NCBI GenBank assembly: GCA_025558095.1
Contig: JAIVFI010000009.1
Coordinates: 496,001-560,000, forward strand
From: Hyaloraphidium curvatum SAG 235-1
Lineage: Eukaryota; Fungi; Monoblepharomycota
DNA: 64,000 bases
Direction of reading: 5' to 3'
In this document: positions 25,156-37,623 of the stretch, in pieces
Numbering within the stretch: the first letter of the stretch is position 1
Layout: the number at the start of each line of letters is the position of its first letter
Notes under the pieces: generated by a model
Databases searched by the model: none
Seen by the model: the letters and a program-made list of their open reading frames with translations, nothing else
Told to the model about the DNA's origin: nothing
Position numbers and translations under genes: made by a program

Positions 25156-25730
25156 ATGTCGTACTGGGAAGACCACAACGTCGAGCACCCCGAGACGGGC
25201 TCCAAGACGGCCTCAGGAGCCGATTTGCGCGACTTCATGGCCCCCGCTCCCCGGCGCCGGAGTCAGGATGATACGGACCGTCTCCTGGGGTACGTGCTGC
25301 CAATTCGACACCTTGAACGCAACCTGACCACATTTCTACCTCATGCAGTATGTTTGCGGGCCTTGGTGGCTCCGATTCGGAGCGGGACCGCGACCGGCTG
25401 CTGGACGGAGTTGTCTCGCGAATCCTCTCGGACGTTTCACCCCAATCGCGGGAGGCGGGCGCTTCCCAGGCCTTCATCGACTCTCTTCCCGCCGTCGATG
25501 TTCCCGCGGATTCGCGGGGCGACTCTTGCGGGATCTGCATGGACCCTCTGCCGGCTGTTGTCCGTGGACTGCCCTGTCGGCACCTGTTCCACGCCGGCTG
25601 CCTCGTCCATTGGCTCAAGGTCAGCCACAAATGTCCTGCGTGCAGGAGGGAGTTTCCGACAGAGGACAAAGCTCGCTCGAGGCCCATAGTGGTTGCGGAC
25701 GAGGAAGAGGATGACTCGATGTACGGATGA
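25156..25730 (+). CDS. RING-H2 E3 ubiquitin ligase (RNF181-like)
   Basis: MSYWEDH start; ASQAFIDSLP; CGIC..LPCRHLFHAGCLVHWLKVSHKCPACR; DDSMYG end. Confidence 0.88.
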
Positions 25731-25872
25731 TGTCCCGGGATCGCGGTGGACAAGGATTCAGATGGCAGAGATTGACAATGTCGATGCACTGTTGGCGACG
25801 AATTGATAGATAAAGGGAAACAACTCTCGCCAATGGCATTCAACTGCCCACGTCCATTGACGTTGAAACTGG

Positions 25873-26700
25873 TCACTCCGACAACCTCTTCCGCTTCCTC
25901 TCCCTGTCGTCATTCGCATGGAGGTCCGTGCGCATGCCGGCGGAAGGGGGAATCGGCACCGCAAACTCCGCAGGCGGAGCACCAGGCCAGGCATTCTGCC
26001 CCTGTTCGTCCGGGCTGCGGCCTCCAAGATGCAGTCCTCCGACAATCTTGCGCATCAAGGGTGAGAATCCAACGGACCTCCGCGGGGATTTCATAACCAT
26101 CGAAGGTTCCTGGGCCGGCCTGCTCGGCGACCCGACCGGCTGCTCCGCATCTGCGCGGCTCGAGCGGCGGGGCAGCTTGGAACCCAGCATTTTGAACAAG
26201 TCCATCGGAGATCCTTTGCGAGGAGACGAAGTAGCTTCGTGGGGAGGAGAGCGGAACGGAGAGCGGTGAGGGTTCTTGAGTGCGAAGCCCGTTGGAACAG
26301 CGAAGCCGTCGTCGTCGTCTTCGACGAGGAACACGGAACGAGGTCTGAAACAGACATGAATTAGTTTCATTTCATTGCTTCTCGTTCCCGCTGGCTCCCA
26401 CCTGTTGTCTTCGGTCCTGTATTCGGGCATCTTTGCGACTGCGATTTCGCCCAGCACGCGCCGACCCGTGGCATTGACCAGCGGCAGCACGGGGCCGGGC
26501 GACTTGTACGCATAGCGAAATCCGGCGACCGGTGGCGGGCTCGCATTCTCCTGGTCGCTCGCATTCGGCGACGAGGAGACGCCGAAAGGGGACGGGGGTA
26601 CCGAGAGCCTGCCGGCCGCAGTCGGCGACGGGGAAGCGCAGAGCGGCATTTTCGGCGCTCGCGCGGGGCTGCGCAGCGGGGACGGCTCCGTTCCGAGCAT
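25873..26700 (-). CDS. Hypothetical Ser/Pro-rich disordered protein
   Basis: Long ORF with coding-like composition, many SP sites and a basic C-terminus (RERKRKR). Confidence 0.55.
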   Translation of the reverse strand: MLGTEPSPLRSPARAPKMPLCASPSPTAAGRLSVPPSPFGVSSSPNASDQENASPPPVAGFRYAYKSPGPVLPLVNATGRRVLGEIAVAKMPEYRTEDNRWEPAGTRSNEMKLIHVCFRPRSVFLVEDDDDGFAVPTGFALKNPHRSPFRSPPHEATSSPRKGSPMDLFKMLGSKLPRRSSRADAEQPVGSPSRPAQEPSMVMKSPRRSVGFSPLMRKIVGGLHLGGRSPDEQGQNAWPGAPPAEFAVPIPPSAGMRTDLHANDDRERKRKRLSE

Positions 26701-26856
26701 GGTTCGCGCCGTCTTGGGGGTTGATTCGGAGGGCGCCGCAAAGACACGGCGGGCGGCGATCAAAGCCGTCCGTGGCTGCAGGCGCACAGGACCTTGACGG
26801 AAACTTCGATCACGGTATAGCTTTCGGACTCTGCCTTTTGAATAGGCGCAAGTACA

Positions 26857-28265
26857 TCACCAGAAACATCCAGCGGCCTTGGCCTCGATGCGCGCGGCCC
26901 AGCGATCATCGCAGAAACCGTCGCACACCCTGATGTCACGGCCGACGATCTGGTCCCACGTTTTCTTCTCTTCGGCCCACAATGCGCGGTGGGCATCCTC
27001 CTCATGCTGGCCTTGATCGCCGCAACCAAGGTTGTGAATGGTGTCTATCCGAAGAGTAAGACTTGGTTTGCCGAAAAGCTGTTCAATCAGGTGCAATTTC
27101 TCACGTTTGGTGGCTCCCAAGCGCAGATGATGGGCATGAAGGTGTCGAAGATTGGGAGGGGCAGTTCCATGCTCGTAGATCTTCCGGGCATTGATCTCGT
27201 CCGCTTCGAAGACCTCGACAGAATCCAGCTTGCATAGGTCAGCCCACTCAACGTGGGCCGCCAAAAAAGGGTCGTCGAAAAGAATGCGATCTACCAGGTC
27301 CTTCACCACCTTCGGTCGAAAGAAGTCGTGTCTAGCGCCTTCAACAAAGAGACCTGTTGGGTCCCCCGAGTCTCTGACAATGAAGGTCTTGATCTTCGAG
27401 ACGAATCCCTCCGAAACCTCGTCGAAAAGCGTATCCCTCACGGTGTAACTTGTATCGTAGCAATGATAGCCAAAGGTTATGTCTTCAAGATTTTCAAGTG
27501 AACCAAAATAGTCCAACAAATAAGTGCTGCACGAACCCAGAGTTGTAAGCGTCCGGATGCTTCTCCAGCCATCGATCTCATGCACAATAACGTCGGGCAA
27601 GGCCAGATTCAACACTTCAATGCCGCTGCTAATGTTCCCTATGGCCCCCAACACCTCACCGTCAAGGACTTCAACGGATAGCTCGCGGATGTTGTCGCAC
27701 CGTTGAAGAAGGTGCACTGCACGGCCTACACTTGCCATGTCCAAAGGTCCCAGATGTAGCCGAAGCACGTGTTGAAACTTGCCCACACGCTGCGAGTCCC
27801 GAGCGAAGTTCCAGAAGGAGATCTCGGAGCCAATAGCACGGTCCATGGCTTCATCACTTCCAAAAGCATTCTCTTCACTAAAGATATGCCTTGAACAGCC
27901 CCAACCGTGCGGAGCTACTCGTTTCAAGTCCACGGCTTCCATAATCTGGGGATCAAGAGGCGGTAGTTGCCGCGGGAAGTGGCCATGAGGTGAAACAGGG
28001 TCCGCGAGCCGGGTTCCAGGAACGACGCGACCGCAAGGAGCAGCTCCGGTGGTAATCGCGGGCCATCTTCGTCGTCGCGAGGATTCGTTTGGTTCGGCGC
28101 GTTCGATTCGGCGTCCACCGGGGCGTTGTTTTCGAGCTGGCGTCGGCTCGTCCTGGTGCCCCGAGCCGCGACCCGTCCACGAGTACGAGGTGCTTCGAGC
28201 GAAGCGGAATGCTCGCTGCTAAGTCCAGCAACAGCGGTTCTTCGAGCTTGGCGCGGAGCGGACAT
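26857..28265 (-). pseudogene. F-box-like/LRR-like gene with a 1-bp frameshift near 27940
   Basis: F-box-like part (LPPELLLAVASFL..LIPRLW) and LRR body (EAVDL...) are in different frames; one extra G restores LW-EAVDL. Start uncertain. Confidence 0.7.
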
Positions 28266-28469
28266 AATCGTCGAACTTCTTAGGAGTGCCTCCCGCAGTC
28301 CTGACGAGGGATTCGCGCCGCCGTCATCACCATCACCCTTGGAAATGGCGACGTGGCCCAGCAGCTGCCAGCAACGGACTGCAGAAGGTGTACAACAGTA
28401 AGGAAATCACAATTCATCTAGTGTGCCCATGACGAAGACCATGCCGAGGTTCAGGCTCATACACGCCAT

Positions 28470-29291
28470 TCATTTCGGCGCATACAGCCGCGCCTGCTCC
28501 TTGATCTTCTTCTCATAGGCATTTCTGTCCTTCTTCATGAGCGCGTAGGCTTCCGCCTGCGCCGGCGAGTCGAGGTTCGCGTTGTCGAGAAGGTCCTGGA
28601 TCCCGAGCAGGATCTGCTTCACCGTGATTGCGGGCTTCCAGTCCTGTGAAAGACCGACGTCAACCCAGCGAGCTCCATGAGATGATGAGGCTAACCCACC
28701 TGATCCTCGTTGAGAATGCTGAGGCAGATCGTGCCCGAAGGGTAAACGTTGGGGTGGAAAATCGGCGGGGTGAAGCGGCACTTTGGCGGCTTCTGGGGGT
28801 AATCCTCGGGAAAGACCATGACGAGCTTGTAAAGTCCGCCTTCCCAGGATGTTCCCCTGCCAGCAGCCCTCCAGTGAGCCCATGTCGTGTCGGCCCGACG
28901 CGCTACCCACGCTTTCCCGGGGATTCCAACGTGCCACTCTGCGACGGGCCGGGCCCCATGTGAGAAAAGGCGATGCCTCTCCATGCTACCGAGCAATTCC
29001 CACCCATGAGGTTTTGGCTCCCGTCCGCGGCCTTTGCCGGCTTCGCCCAGAACCCGTACGGCTGATCTGTGGGGAAGCGTCAGAGGCATCGTTGGCGTGC
29101 GCTCCCCGGTCCGCAGCGCTCGTCCAGCGCCTCCAATGCTTACCCTTCCTCCACTGCTTCCGCTCCTCGGAGAGCCGCGCTTTGCAGAGCGCCGACTGGG
29201 AGTTGGGACGTCGGATTCAGCATCGATTTTGGGAGGGCGTGCCGGCCGTCAGACGACGCGAGCTCGACGCTGCCGGCGCCGCTCTCACCAT
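28470..29291 (-). CDS. UBC9: SUMO-conjugating enzyme Ubc9
   Basis: [54 protein letters not shown]; the first coding exon appears to be the ATG alone. Confidence 0.95.
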
Positions 29292-29443
29292 TTTCGTTCT
29301 CGAGAGCAAGTCTGGAGCACGGTGGAGCGGCCGTGCGCCGGAGGATGGGGTTTCGTGTGGGATGCAGCTCGCTCGCGGACCGAGACGACTCGCTCCGCAA
29401 TCGATCAACGCGCCGCACGCCGGGGGACGACGGTCCCCGAGCA

Positions 29444-30595
29444 ATGTCCTCGCCTTCGCCGCCGCCATTTGACGACGGGCTGGACGATGCGCTTCTCGCG
29501 CTCCCCGACGCGCTGCCGCTGCCGGTGCCTCCGAAGCGGGCGCTCCTCTCGGTCACGAACCTCGCGGACACGCGACACTGCGAGCTGCAGGCGCTTTATG
29601 TCTGCACGCTCCGCGGAGGACGACGGCGCCGGACCCAGGCCATGCGCGACGGCGAGGCGGCCCACGCGGCGTTGGAGCGGGAGGCAAACGGGCCGGCATT
29701 GGAGATCGAGGTGGTTTCCAGGGAGGACTCTTTTGCGGTCGTGGTCCTCAACGCGATCGGACTGCTGGAAGCGCTGGCAGCGGGCATCCTCGACCGAGTG
29801 CGCGAGATACCGGTGTGGGGCCGTATTGCAGGGCAGCTCGTGTGGGGCTACTTGGATCAGCTCGAGCGTCGACAGGGGGTCGACGGACTCGTGATTTCCG
29901 ACACCAAGACGGTGGCCGGCATTCCCCGCGATCCCGACAGAAAGGCAGCGGGACCGGGCGGGCTGCAGATCTCGGTGTACAAGCACCTCTTCGACCGCTT
30001 GGTTACGGGCGGGGACGAGCGGTTTTCGGATGCCAAAGAGCTACTTGCGGCGCTTGGACTGGACGCCGAGGCGAACCTTTCTACCGCGATCGTCGGACGC
30101 ATATCGGCAATGGGCTTGATTGTGCAGCAAGACCGGCCGGTCACGCCCGACCCTCCGCTCCCGTCGACTTTCGCCACCAATCCTGACGGCACCATCGTCA
30201 TCGGGAGCGACGCCGAGCCCGAGCCTTCCAGCAGCCAGTCGACGCCCAACAGGCCGCAAACCAGCGCTCCCGAAACCCTCTCCGCCCTCCTCCCGCATTT
30301 GCTCCTCCGCTTCTCGCTGCTGCCCACGAGCACCGACCGCCCCGAACTCTGCCTCGTCCCGCGCGACCCCGGCAAAACGGGCCACACGGTCGCCGTACCC
30401 TTTTCCCCCGCCGAGTTCGATGCCGCCGCCCGCCGCGCCGTCGAAGTGTGGACGGGGGCGAGGGAGCCGTGCGGGCCCGACGTCGAGGAGGCGTGGAAGT
30501 GCGCGGAGTGCGAGTTCGCGGAAGGGTGCGGTTTCCGGATACGCAGGGCGGAGGAGATGGCGGCGAGGGGAATGAGAAAGGCCTGGACGGCCTGA
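29444..30595 (+). CDS. EXO5: Exonuclease V (Exo5/Dem1), Fe-S PD-(D/E)xK nuclease
   Basis: LSVTNL...CELQ, G..AH..LE, REIPVWG, GYLDQL, ISDTKT, LQISVYK, WKC..CEF...C. Confidence 0.92.
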   Translation: MSSPSPPPFDDGLDDALLALPDALPLPVPPKRALLSVTNLADTRHCELQALYVCTLRGGRRRRTQAMRDGEAAHAALEREANGPALEIEVVSREDSFAVVVLNAIGLLEALAAGILDRVREIPVWGRIAGQLVWGYLDQLERRQGVDGLVISDTKTVAGIPRDPDRKAAGPGGLQISVYKHLFDRLVTGGDERFSDAKELLAALGLDAEANLSTAIVGRISAMGLIVQQDRPVTPDPPLPSTFATNPDGTIVIGSDAEPEPSSSQSTPNRPQTSAPETLSALLPHLLLRFSLLPTSTDRPELCLVPRDPGKTGHTVAVPFSPAEFDAAARRAVEVWTGAREPCGPDVEEAWKCAECEFAEGCGFRIRRAEEMAARGMRKAWTA

Positions 30596-30616
30596 AGGGC
30601 GAATAGACGGGCGAGT

Positions 30617-31967
30617 TCAGACGTCGCTGATTCGGACCTTCTTCTTGGGCTTGATTTCCGAGTCCGGGCCGTCCTTGCGCTTGTGGAGGATGCCTTTCGG
30701 CGCGGCAGGGGCAGGCGAGGGTTCGGGTGAAAGCGTCTTTGATCGCTTGTCCTTCTTAGATCCGTCCTTGTCCTTTTTCGAGGACTTGTCCTTCTTCGAG
30801 GACCGCTCGTCGTCCTTGGAAGAGACCTCCTTGCTTTTCGCAGGCGTCTCCTGGGCGCCGTCAGCCTCAACGTTGCGGTGTTTGTCCTTTTTCCGCTTCC
30901 CGGGGCTGCCAGGCGCCTCCCAACCGGCAGCGGGGACGGCGATCGCTCCCCTCGCCACTTCACGCTCCAAGCTCTCTTCCAGGTCCTTTCCCGACGCTGA
31001 AGCACCGAATGGCAGCACGATGCGGGCGCCCATGCCCGAGGGATGGTTCCTTCCACGCGGCGGCGGCAGCGCTGCAGGCCCGTCCTTTTCTTTTGCCGGC
31101 GCCGGAACCACGGAGAGGAAGCGCGAAAACGGAACGGGTGCTGCCACACAAAGAAAGGTATCGGCTTCGAGGACAAGCAACCAAATGAGGAGACGACCCA
31201 CCTAGCACCATGGCCCCGCCATCGTCCTCGCCAGCATCGAAGCTCGGCACGAGGCACTCAAGCTGCGCCATGTCAGCGGCATCGCCCTCCGCCACCTCCT
31301 CGACCGTGTACCGCGTCCCATGGGCCTCGAATGCCGCCCCGGGTTCCAGCTTCACCCCGTCCAGGTCGGCCGCTTCCAGGTGGGGAGGCACCCTCAGGAT
31401 CCAGAGCTGTTTTGGCTTGCCCTCCTCCGGAGCAACCAAACGCGGGTCGAAGGGCGACAGCTCCGCCTCGGAACGAACGCGGGAGGGGTACGCGGGGGCG
31501 AATGCGAAGCCGGGCGGGGTGGGTTGTGAGGTGTTGGGTTTGCGCGGAGCCGGGCGGTCCGGCGCCGCAGGCTGGCCGCCCTTGGCCTTTTCAGAGTCCT
31601 TCGCCTTTTCCTTTTCCTCCCTCCGCTTCTCCTTGTCGGATTTGTCCTTTGCTTTGTCCGCTCCGTCTGACGATTTGTCCGGTCGCTCCTTCGACGACTT
31701 GTCCGGCCTGGGTTTCTCCTTATCCGTTCCGCTTTCGCGGGAATCGTCCTTCTTCTGACCGTCCTTACCGCCCTCTGGACGTGCCAATAGCGTTGCCGCC
31801 GCCGGTTTGACCCCAGAAGGCGGCGGCTTCTGCTTGTCGCCAGGTCCCGCGGGCGTCGCGAGCTTCGACGACCCGGGCTTAGCCAGCGACCCCGCAGGCC
31901 GGCCGAAACCCGGGCGGGCGGCAGCTACGGGCGTTTTCGACGCTCGAGCGGGGGATGCCGAGGCCAT
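30617..31967 (-). CDS. RNA polymerase I subunit RPA34-like
   Basis: PPGF...KQLWILRVP...L.GVKL, CLVP, RF.PFG and a Lys-rich C-terminus; one intron near 31150-31200. Confidence 0.75.
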
Positions 31968-32204
31968 CCCTGTGCGCAGGAGTCGGAATCGGGGCGGGTT
32001 TCTGTGTACTTGTTTTCAACGACATCACCTTCGCACATTCAGCTCGAAGGCGTCAAGGAGAACGGAGGCCGGATCCTTGCACAGGCCGCAAAACACAAAA
32101 CGTGGTCGGACACTTCGCGCAGGCGCATCCTTGCCGTTCCATCTATCCATCCGTTCCGTTGCCTTGACCGGAACCCCATGCCGCCCCGGACGCCTCGGGC
32201 CGCC

Positions 32205-33755
32205 TCACTCCTGCGCCGCCTGCGCGCCCTGCGCCTTCCTCCACCCCTGCATCTCCCCGTCCGTCCGCTCCGCCAGCGCCTCCTTGTCCGCCGCGTCCTG
32301 CTCGTTCAGCGCCCGCGGGTCCGCGTCCGCGTTCGGGTCCGCCGGCTGCGGGGGCAGCGCCACGGGCATCATCATCGGGACCTGGTACACGGGGTAGGCC
32401 GGGATGCCGTAGGGCATGCCGACGCCCATGCCGACGCCCATGGGGGGGTAGGCGGGGATGGGGGGGAGCATGGGCGGGGAGTAGCCCGCGCGGGAGGCGG
32501 TATGGGAGCGGCCCCAGGAAAGCCGGATGCGCGAGCCGCCTGGCAACGGAGAGCCGATGAAAAAACGCACGAGACATGCGAGATGCAGGCGGGTGGGAGC
32601 GAAAGTCAGGCCGGGGACTCGCAGGTGAGCAAGCGCGACGCACCGAGGTTGTACCCGTTCAGCATCTGTATCGCCATCTCGGCGCTGGGCCGGTCCGCGT
32701 ACTGCACGAAGCCGCAGCCCTTGCCCGGCGGGATCTTGACGTAGGTTATGATTCCGTACGGCGCAAAGAAGCTGCGAGCCGCACGCGTGAGCGACGCGAA
32801 CGGGGCCCGAGCCGGCCGCTGGACGACCCACCTCCTCAGCTCATCCTCTGTCACGAACGCGCTCAGCCCGCCCACGAACACGGTGGTGTTTGTCGGGTCC
32901 GTGAACTGGTTCAGCGGGCTCGCGCCCCCGTACCCCGTCGGCCCCTGCGGGCTGGCCACCCTGTTCTTGGGGGTCGCCAGCGAGATGCGCATGGGGCGCG
33001 AGCCGCAGTACTGCCCCTGCATCTCGGCGATGGCGCGGACCTGCTCCGACTCGTCGGTGAAGCGGACGAAGCCGTACCCACGCGACACGTTGGTCACGGG
33101 GTCGGTGACGACCTTGGCGGTCTTGAAGGAGGGGTAGTGGGTGAAGAGGCTCTGTGGTGCCGGGCGGTCAGGCGTGTCGGAGGCGAGGACGGGTGCGGCA
33201 GAGAACTCACGGCGAGCATGTAGTCGGTGACCTCGGGCGCCAGGTCCCCGACAAACACCGAGAATTCCGGACCTCCGCGGTCCATTCTTGTGTGATGACA
33301 ACGCGTCAGAATGCGGGCAGAGTGAGCGGCGTCCGCGCGACCCACCCTATTGCGCCGCCGGCCCACGGCCGCGGTGCCACCGCCGGCTGGGCGCCGGCCC
33401 CCGACGCCCAGTTGAGCCTGAATGCGCGCGGCGTGCCGGGGATCGGCTGGCCGTTGAGCCCGAGCGCCATCTGGCACGCCTGCTGGGACGTAAACTCGAC
33501 GAAGCAGTAGCCCGGGTTGGCCCTTTCGTTTTCCGGGGAGTCAGCGCGCCGCCACCGGCCCGTGCCCGGAGCCACCCACCCCGTCGTCCTGTCGCGCACC
33601 ATCTTGACGCCGACCTGGTGCCCGTAGCCCGCCCACAGCTGCGTCACCCAGGCCTCGTCCATCCAGGGCTCGAGATCCGACTGGTACAGCGTGAACGGGC
33701 TCGCGGGCGCGTCGCCGCCGAACTGGCCGCCGGCGGCCGCGTAGTCCCACGCCAT
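32205..33755 (-). CDS. Three-RRM RNA-binding protein (Nam8/Ngr1/TRNAU1AP family)
   Basis: LEPWMDE, GYCFVEF, FRLNWASG, EFSVFVGDLAPEVTD, SRGYGFVRF, DPTNTTVFVGGL, VKIPPGKGCGFVQY, IRLSWGRS. Confidence 0.93.
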
Positions 33756-34514
33756 TGCTGCCCGCCGGTCGTTTTACGGTGGGATTTGGGGCGTTGTTTT
33801 GGGAAAGGGTCCGAAGGGCGGGCGGGGGCGTCCGCCGCGTCGGCCGGGGAGTGCGCGCCGCGGCCCGCGGAATCAGTCGCGCGCGCAGGCCATGCCGCCG
33901 TGCAGCGGCCGCGGTATTGCTGCGCGGGCCGGCGGTTAGGTTAGGGCGGGAGTCGAGGGGACGGAGGGGCCGTGGGGCGGCGGGTGGGCCCTGAATCTCG
34001 CAATGAATCTCGACACGAATATCCCCCGGGGGGTCCTCGAACACAACGGCCGTCCGCTCTGCCGGGCGGAAGGCGCGGCCCGGCGAGCCTGCAAGGCTCG
34101 GTCGCGCCCGCCCGGGCGATCGGACGCCGATCGGACGCGCTGCGGGAGGCGGCCGGCCAACGGAACCAGGGACGCGGCGGAAGGGTGCCGCCCCGCCGGC
34201 CGACCTAACAAACACAGGTGCAGGCAGCGCGGGATCAGCGTGCCACTTCGTATGCAGGCAAATGAATGCAACCCGAGGCGCCGCGCTCGCTCCTGCGGCC
34301 TGTCCGGCACCATTTGCCGGAAGGGTCGGAGCGGCGGGAAACACTCGGCCTTCAAAACCGTGCTCGAATCCGTAGCTACAAATGGCAAAGCACCTTCCGT
34401 ACCGTCATCCATGCATGCTCGACGTTTTCCGGGCCCGCGTTCGGCTGCCACGCACCGCCGTCCAGTAACCCCAGATAGTCCACTCCCTGAAGAGAAGTCC
34501 GCCCCGTCTACCGA

Positions 34515-35573
34515 TCACGCCCTTCTCGGCGCCTCCTCCACCCTCTGCGCCGACCCGCCCCTCGGCAACGAGTCCGCTCTCCTGGACACGTGCGCGCCGT
34601 ACATGCTCCTCAGCGGCAGGCTCTTTAGCTCCGCCGCCTCGGGCGCCTCCTTGGCCGGCCTCGTCATGCCGTCGAGCGACAGCCTGACGCCGGCGACGAC
34701 GGCCTTGCCCAGGCTGCGCACGGAGCCGAAGCTCCCCGCCAGCTCGTCCGTGCGGGTCGCGCGCAGCGGGGAGCCGGGCGCCGTGCGCGGCAGGGAGCCC
34801 GAGTGCCGGCGGGGCGACTCGTCGTCGAAGTAGTCCGCGGGCCTGCGGCCCTCGAGCATCTCCGAGGGCGGGCGCCGCAGCCGCCTGCCGCCGCCGTTGA
34901 GCGACTCGAGCGACGGCGCGACGCGCACCGTGCGCGGCTGCGTGCCGGGCCAGGGCACGTCGACGGCGTACTTTTGCAGGCGCTTCAGGCTGGGCCTGTG
35001 CGGGTCGTCAGCCTCCTCGGCCTGCCGCGCGATGTCGCGGCCGTAGTCCTCGAACAGCCTGCCCAGCAGCGCGGTGACGTCGCCGTCGATGCGGTCGAAG
35101 AAGCCGCGCGGGTCGTCGCTGGCCTGGTCTGCGCGCGGCGTCGAGGGCGCGCGGGGCAGCTGCGACTTTGACACGCGGCGCGGGAATTGCATCGTCCTGC
35201 CGCGCGGGGGGTCGAGCGACGGGGGCGCGGCGTTGGCGGCGCGCGGGCCGTCCAGCTTCAGCAGCGCGGCGGGCGACAGCGGGGCGGGCTCCAGCAGCCA
35301 GCCGTCGTCGTCCGCCCACGGGTCCGCGTCTGAGACGGGCGAGCCGGGCAGCGCGGGCGGCGAGGCCGGCGCGGGGGGTGCGGGGGGCGCGGGGGCGGGG
35401 GTCGCGGCTGCCGGCCCGGGGACGGCCGGCGCGGGGATGGCCAGCTGCCTGCGCGCGTGGATCGAGTCGCGCGACCACAGCCCGTTGGCGCGCAGGATGG
35501 CGTCGGCCGGCACGCCGTACAGCAGCGACAGCCCCGCGAGGGTGTCGGTGCGCGACACCGCGTGCACCCGCAT
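34515..35573 (-). CDS. Intracellular LysM-domain protein (5' end may extend upstream)
   Basis: VHAVSRTDTLAGLSLLYGV...I.RANGLWSRDSIHARRQLAIP. Confidence 0.8.
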   Translation of the reverse strand: MRVHAVSRTDTLAGLSLLYGVPADAILRANGLWSRDSIHARRQLAIPAPAVPGPAAATPAPAPPAPPAPASPPALPGSPVSDADPWADDDGWLLEPAPLSPAALLKLDGPRAANAAPPSLDPPRGRTMQFPRRVSKSQLPRAPSTPRADQASDDPRGFFDRIDGDVTALLGRLFEDYGRDIARQAEEADDPHRPSLKRLQKYAVDVPWPGTQPRTVRVAPSLESLNGGGRRLRRPPSEMLEGRRPADYFDDESPRRHSGSLPRTAPGSPLRATRTDELAGSFGSVRSLGKAVVAGVRLSLDGMTRPAKEAPEAAELKSLPLRSMYGAHVSRRADSLPRGGSAQRVEEAPRRA

Positions 35574-36290
35574 GCCGCCGCCCGGCGCCGCTAGCGAAGT
35601 CCCGTCGACCGCCAGCTTGGCTGACTTCCTCCTAGCAAGGGGTAGGCGTTTGGCTGGCTAGGGCCGAATGGTGAGCTGGGTTTGCCTCTTCGTCATGGCC
35701 ATCTTGGCTGAAGTTTGACGGCGATCGGGAGGGCATCAAATCCTGCGCGATCGGTTGTCGCAACACAACGCTGTCCCGGCGCTCGGGTTCCTCAGATTGC
35801 CCATATCTGGATATGGCAAACCCGTTGGCCTTCCTCCCGTGGTGCTCCCCAACGTGGCTGCTCGCCGGTGCGTCCGCCAACTCCCCCGGAACGCCCCTGC
35901 CTGACACCTCCTCCTCCCGGACGCTAGCACCCGTCATCGGCCTCGGGATCGCAGCGCACAGGCGCTACGAGCGCCGGAGACAGCGGGAGGTCGAGAGAGT
36001 GATGTCGAAGCCGGACTTACCGACGCTTTCACCGCCTGGAGACGCTCGCTGATGCTTCGGCATCGTCAACCTCCCCTGCGCCCCAGCTGGACTCGCGGCG
36101 CGCATCGCTGGACTCTGCGCCGTGTCAGCAGACACGATACCCCTTTCAAATCACCAACGCCCAATCGGCCGTGTACATTCCTACCATTCCTCAAATCGAC
36201 TCGTTCCGCACCGTGCTTCAGCTTCCAATCCATCCTCCGAGCGCCGCCCCGTAGGGCAACCGAATGTCCCGTGCCGCCGTTGCAGCGATT

Positions 36291-37480
36291 TTACCCCATT
36301 TCTTCGTCCATTTCGTCGTCCCCGTCCTCCTCCGGCGCCGCCCGCCTGCGCTCGCCCTGCCGCAGGATCATGTCCGGCGTGTAGTTGAGCGCCTGGATGT
36401 GTTCCCGCGCCCGGAAGATGGGCTCGTACTCCTGGACGGCGGGGCGCGCGGTCAGCCTTCCGCCCGACACCGCGCTGCCGTCCGACCCACCTTCAGCTGG
36501 CTCTTGAACCCCTCGTTCGGGTTCATGCAGAACCTCCTGTTCTGCACGTAGTTGAACGCCGTCTGGAAGTCCGTCCGCTGGCTCTCCATCACGTACGCGA
36601 CGACAAACGCCGGGCTCCGCGAGATTCCGCCGTTGCAGTGCACGAACACGCGGCCGCCCGAGCCGCGCGCAGAGTCGATGAACTTGCGGGCGGCGGGGAA
36701 GTGCGGGATGAGGTTCTCCAGGGGGTGGTCCGAGACCTCGCTGAAGACGGGGGGAAAGGGTGGGAGAAGGGAGAACCGGCATCCAGAAGCCGAGGAAGAG
36801 CATCGGAGAAAGGCAGGAGCGGGCATCCAGGGTCCAGAATGAGCACCCAAGCGAAGCAATAGACAGCCAGCGAGCAGATCAAGGCGACCACAGATCCCCA
36901 AAGCGACCGAGACGAGTGCCAAGAACGAACGAGCGAGGCACCGTCAGCCTCCCCTCCCTTCCACCCCGCAGAACCCTACCCACATCTCGTGGTACCGTAT
37001 CTCCTCCGGAAAATGGCACTTGACGATGTACTTCTCCGTCGCGTCCCGCAGGCACAGGATGTGGGTGATGCCCCGCTGCCGGAGCAGCTCCCGGTTCTTG
37101 CTGCACACGTACGGGCCCAGCCACAGGCCGGGGAGGATCTCCTGCATGTCGCGGCGCATTTCGTACCGCCATTCGAAGGGCCGGCTGGGTAGGTTGGGGG
37201 GTGAGGAGGTGCGGGGGGCGGGGGAGGCAACGAGCGGCCCACTCTATCCGTTCGAAGGTCTGGCGGACCGGCGGGGCCTCCTGTGGGGGAAGAGGAGGAT
37301 GTGTCAGATCCGCATCGCCGTTTTGGGCGGTCCGACGCGCGGCAGGGAAGGCAAGGCGGGGCCCGGTTGGGGCGGGAAGTCCGCGTCCCGACGGGGCCGA
37401 GCGGTCGGCCCTTGGGGCTCCGCGGCCGCAGATCCGGCGGGACGGAAAGAAGGGCAATGTACCTGTACTGGAGCGGCCAT
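36291..37480 (-). CDS. STYX-like dual-specificity phosphatase
   Basis: EWRYEMRRDMQEILPGLWLGPY, VFVHCNGGISRSPAFVVAYVM, VQNRRFCMNPNEGF..QL.EYEPI. Confidence 0.9.
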
Positions 37481-37623
37481 GGCAGCGCGGTCAGGCGCGG
37501 AACAGGGCAGGGGAGAGGACGCGGTCAGGAGCAGTCCGGTTGCTCGAAATAACTGAATCACCCCCGCAGCTCTACCTTTCCGCTCCGCGGCTCGCGGGGC
37601 CGCCGATCGCCGTACAACTCACC

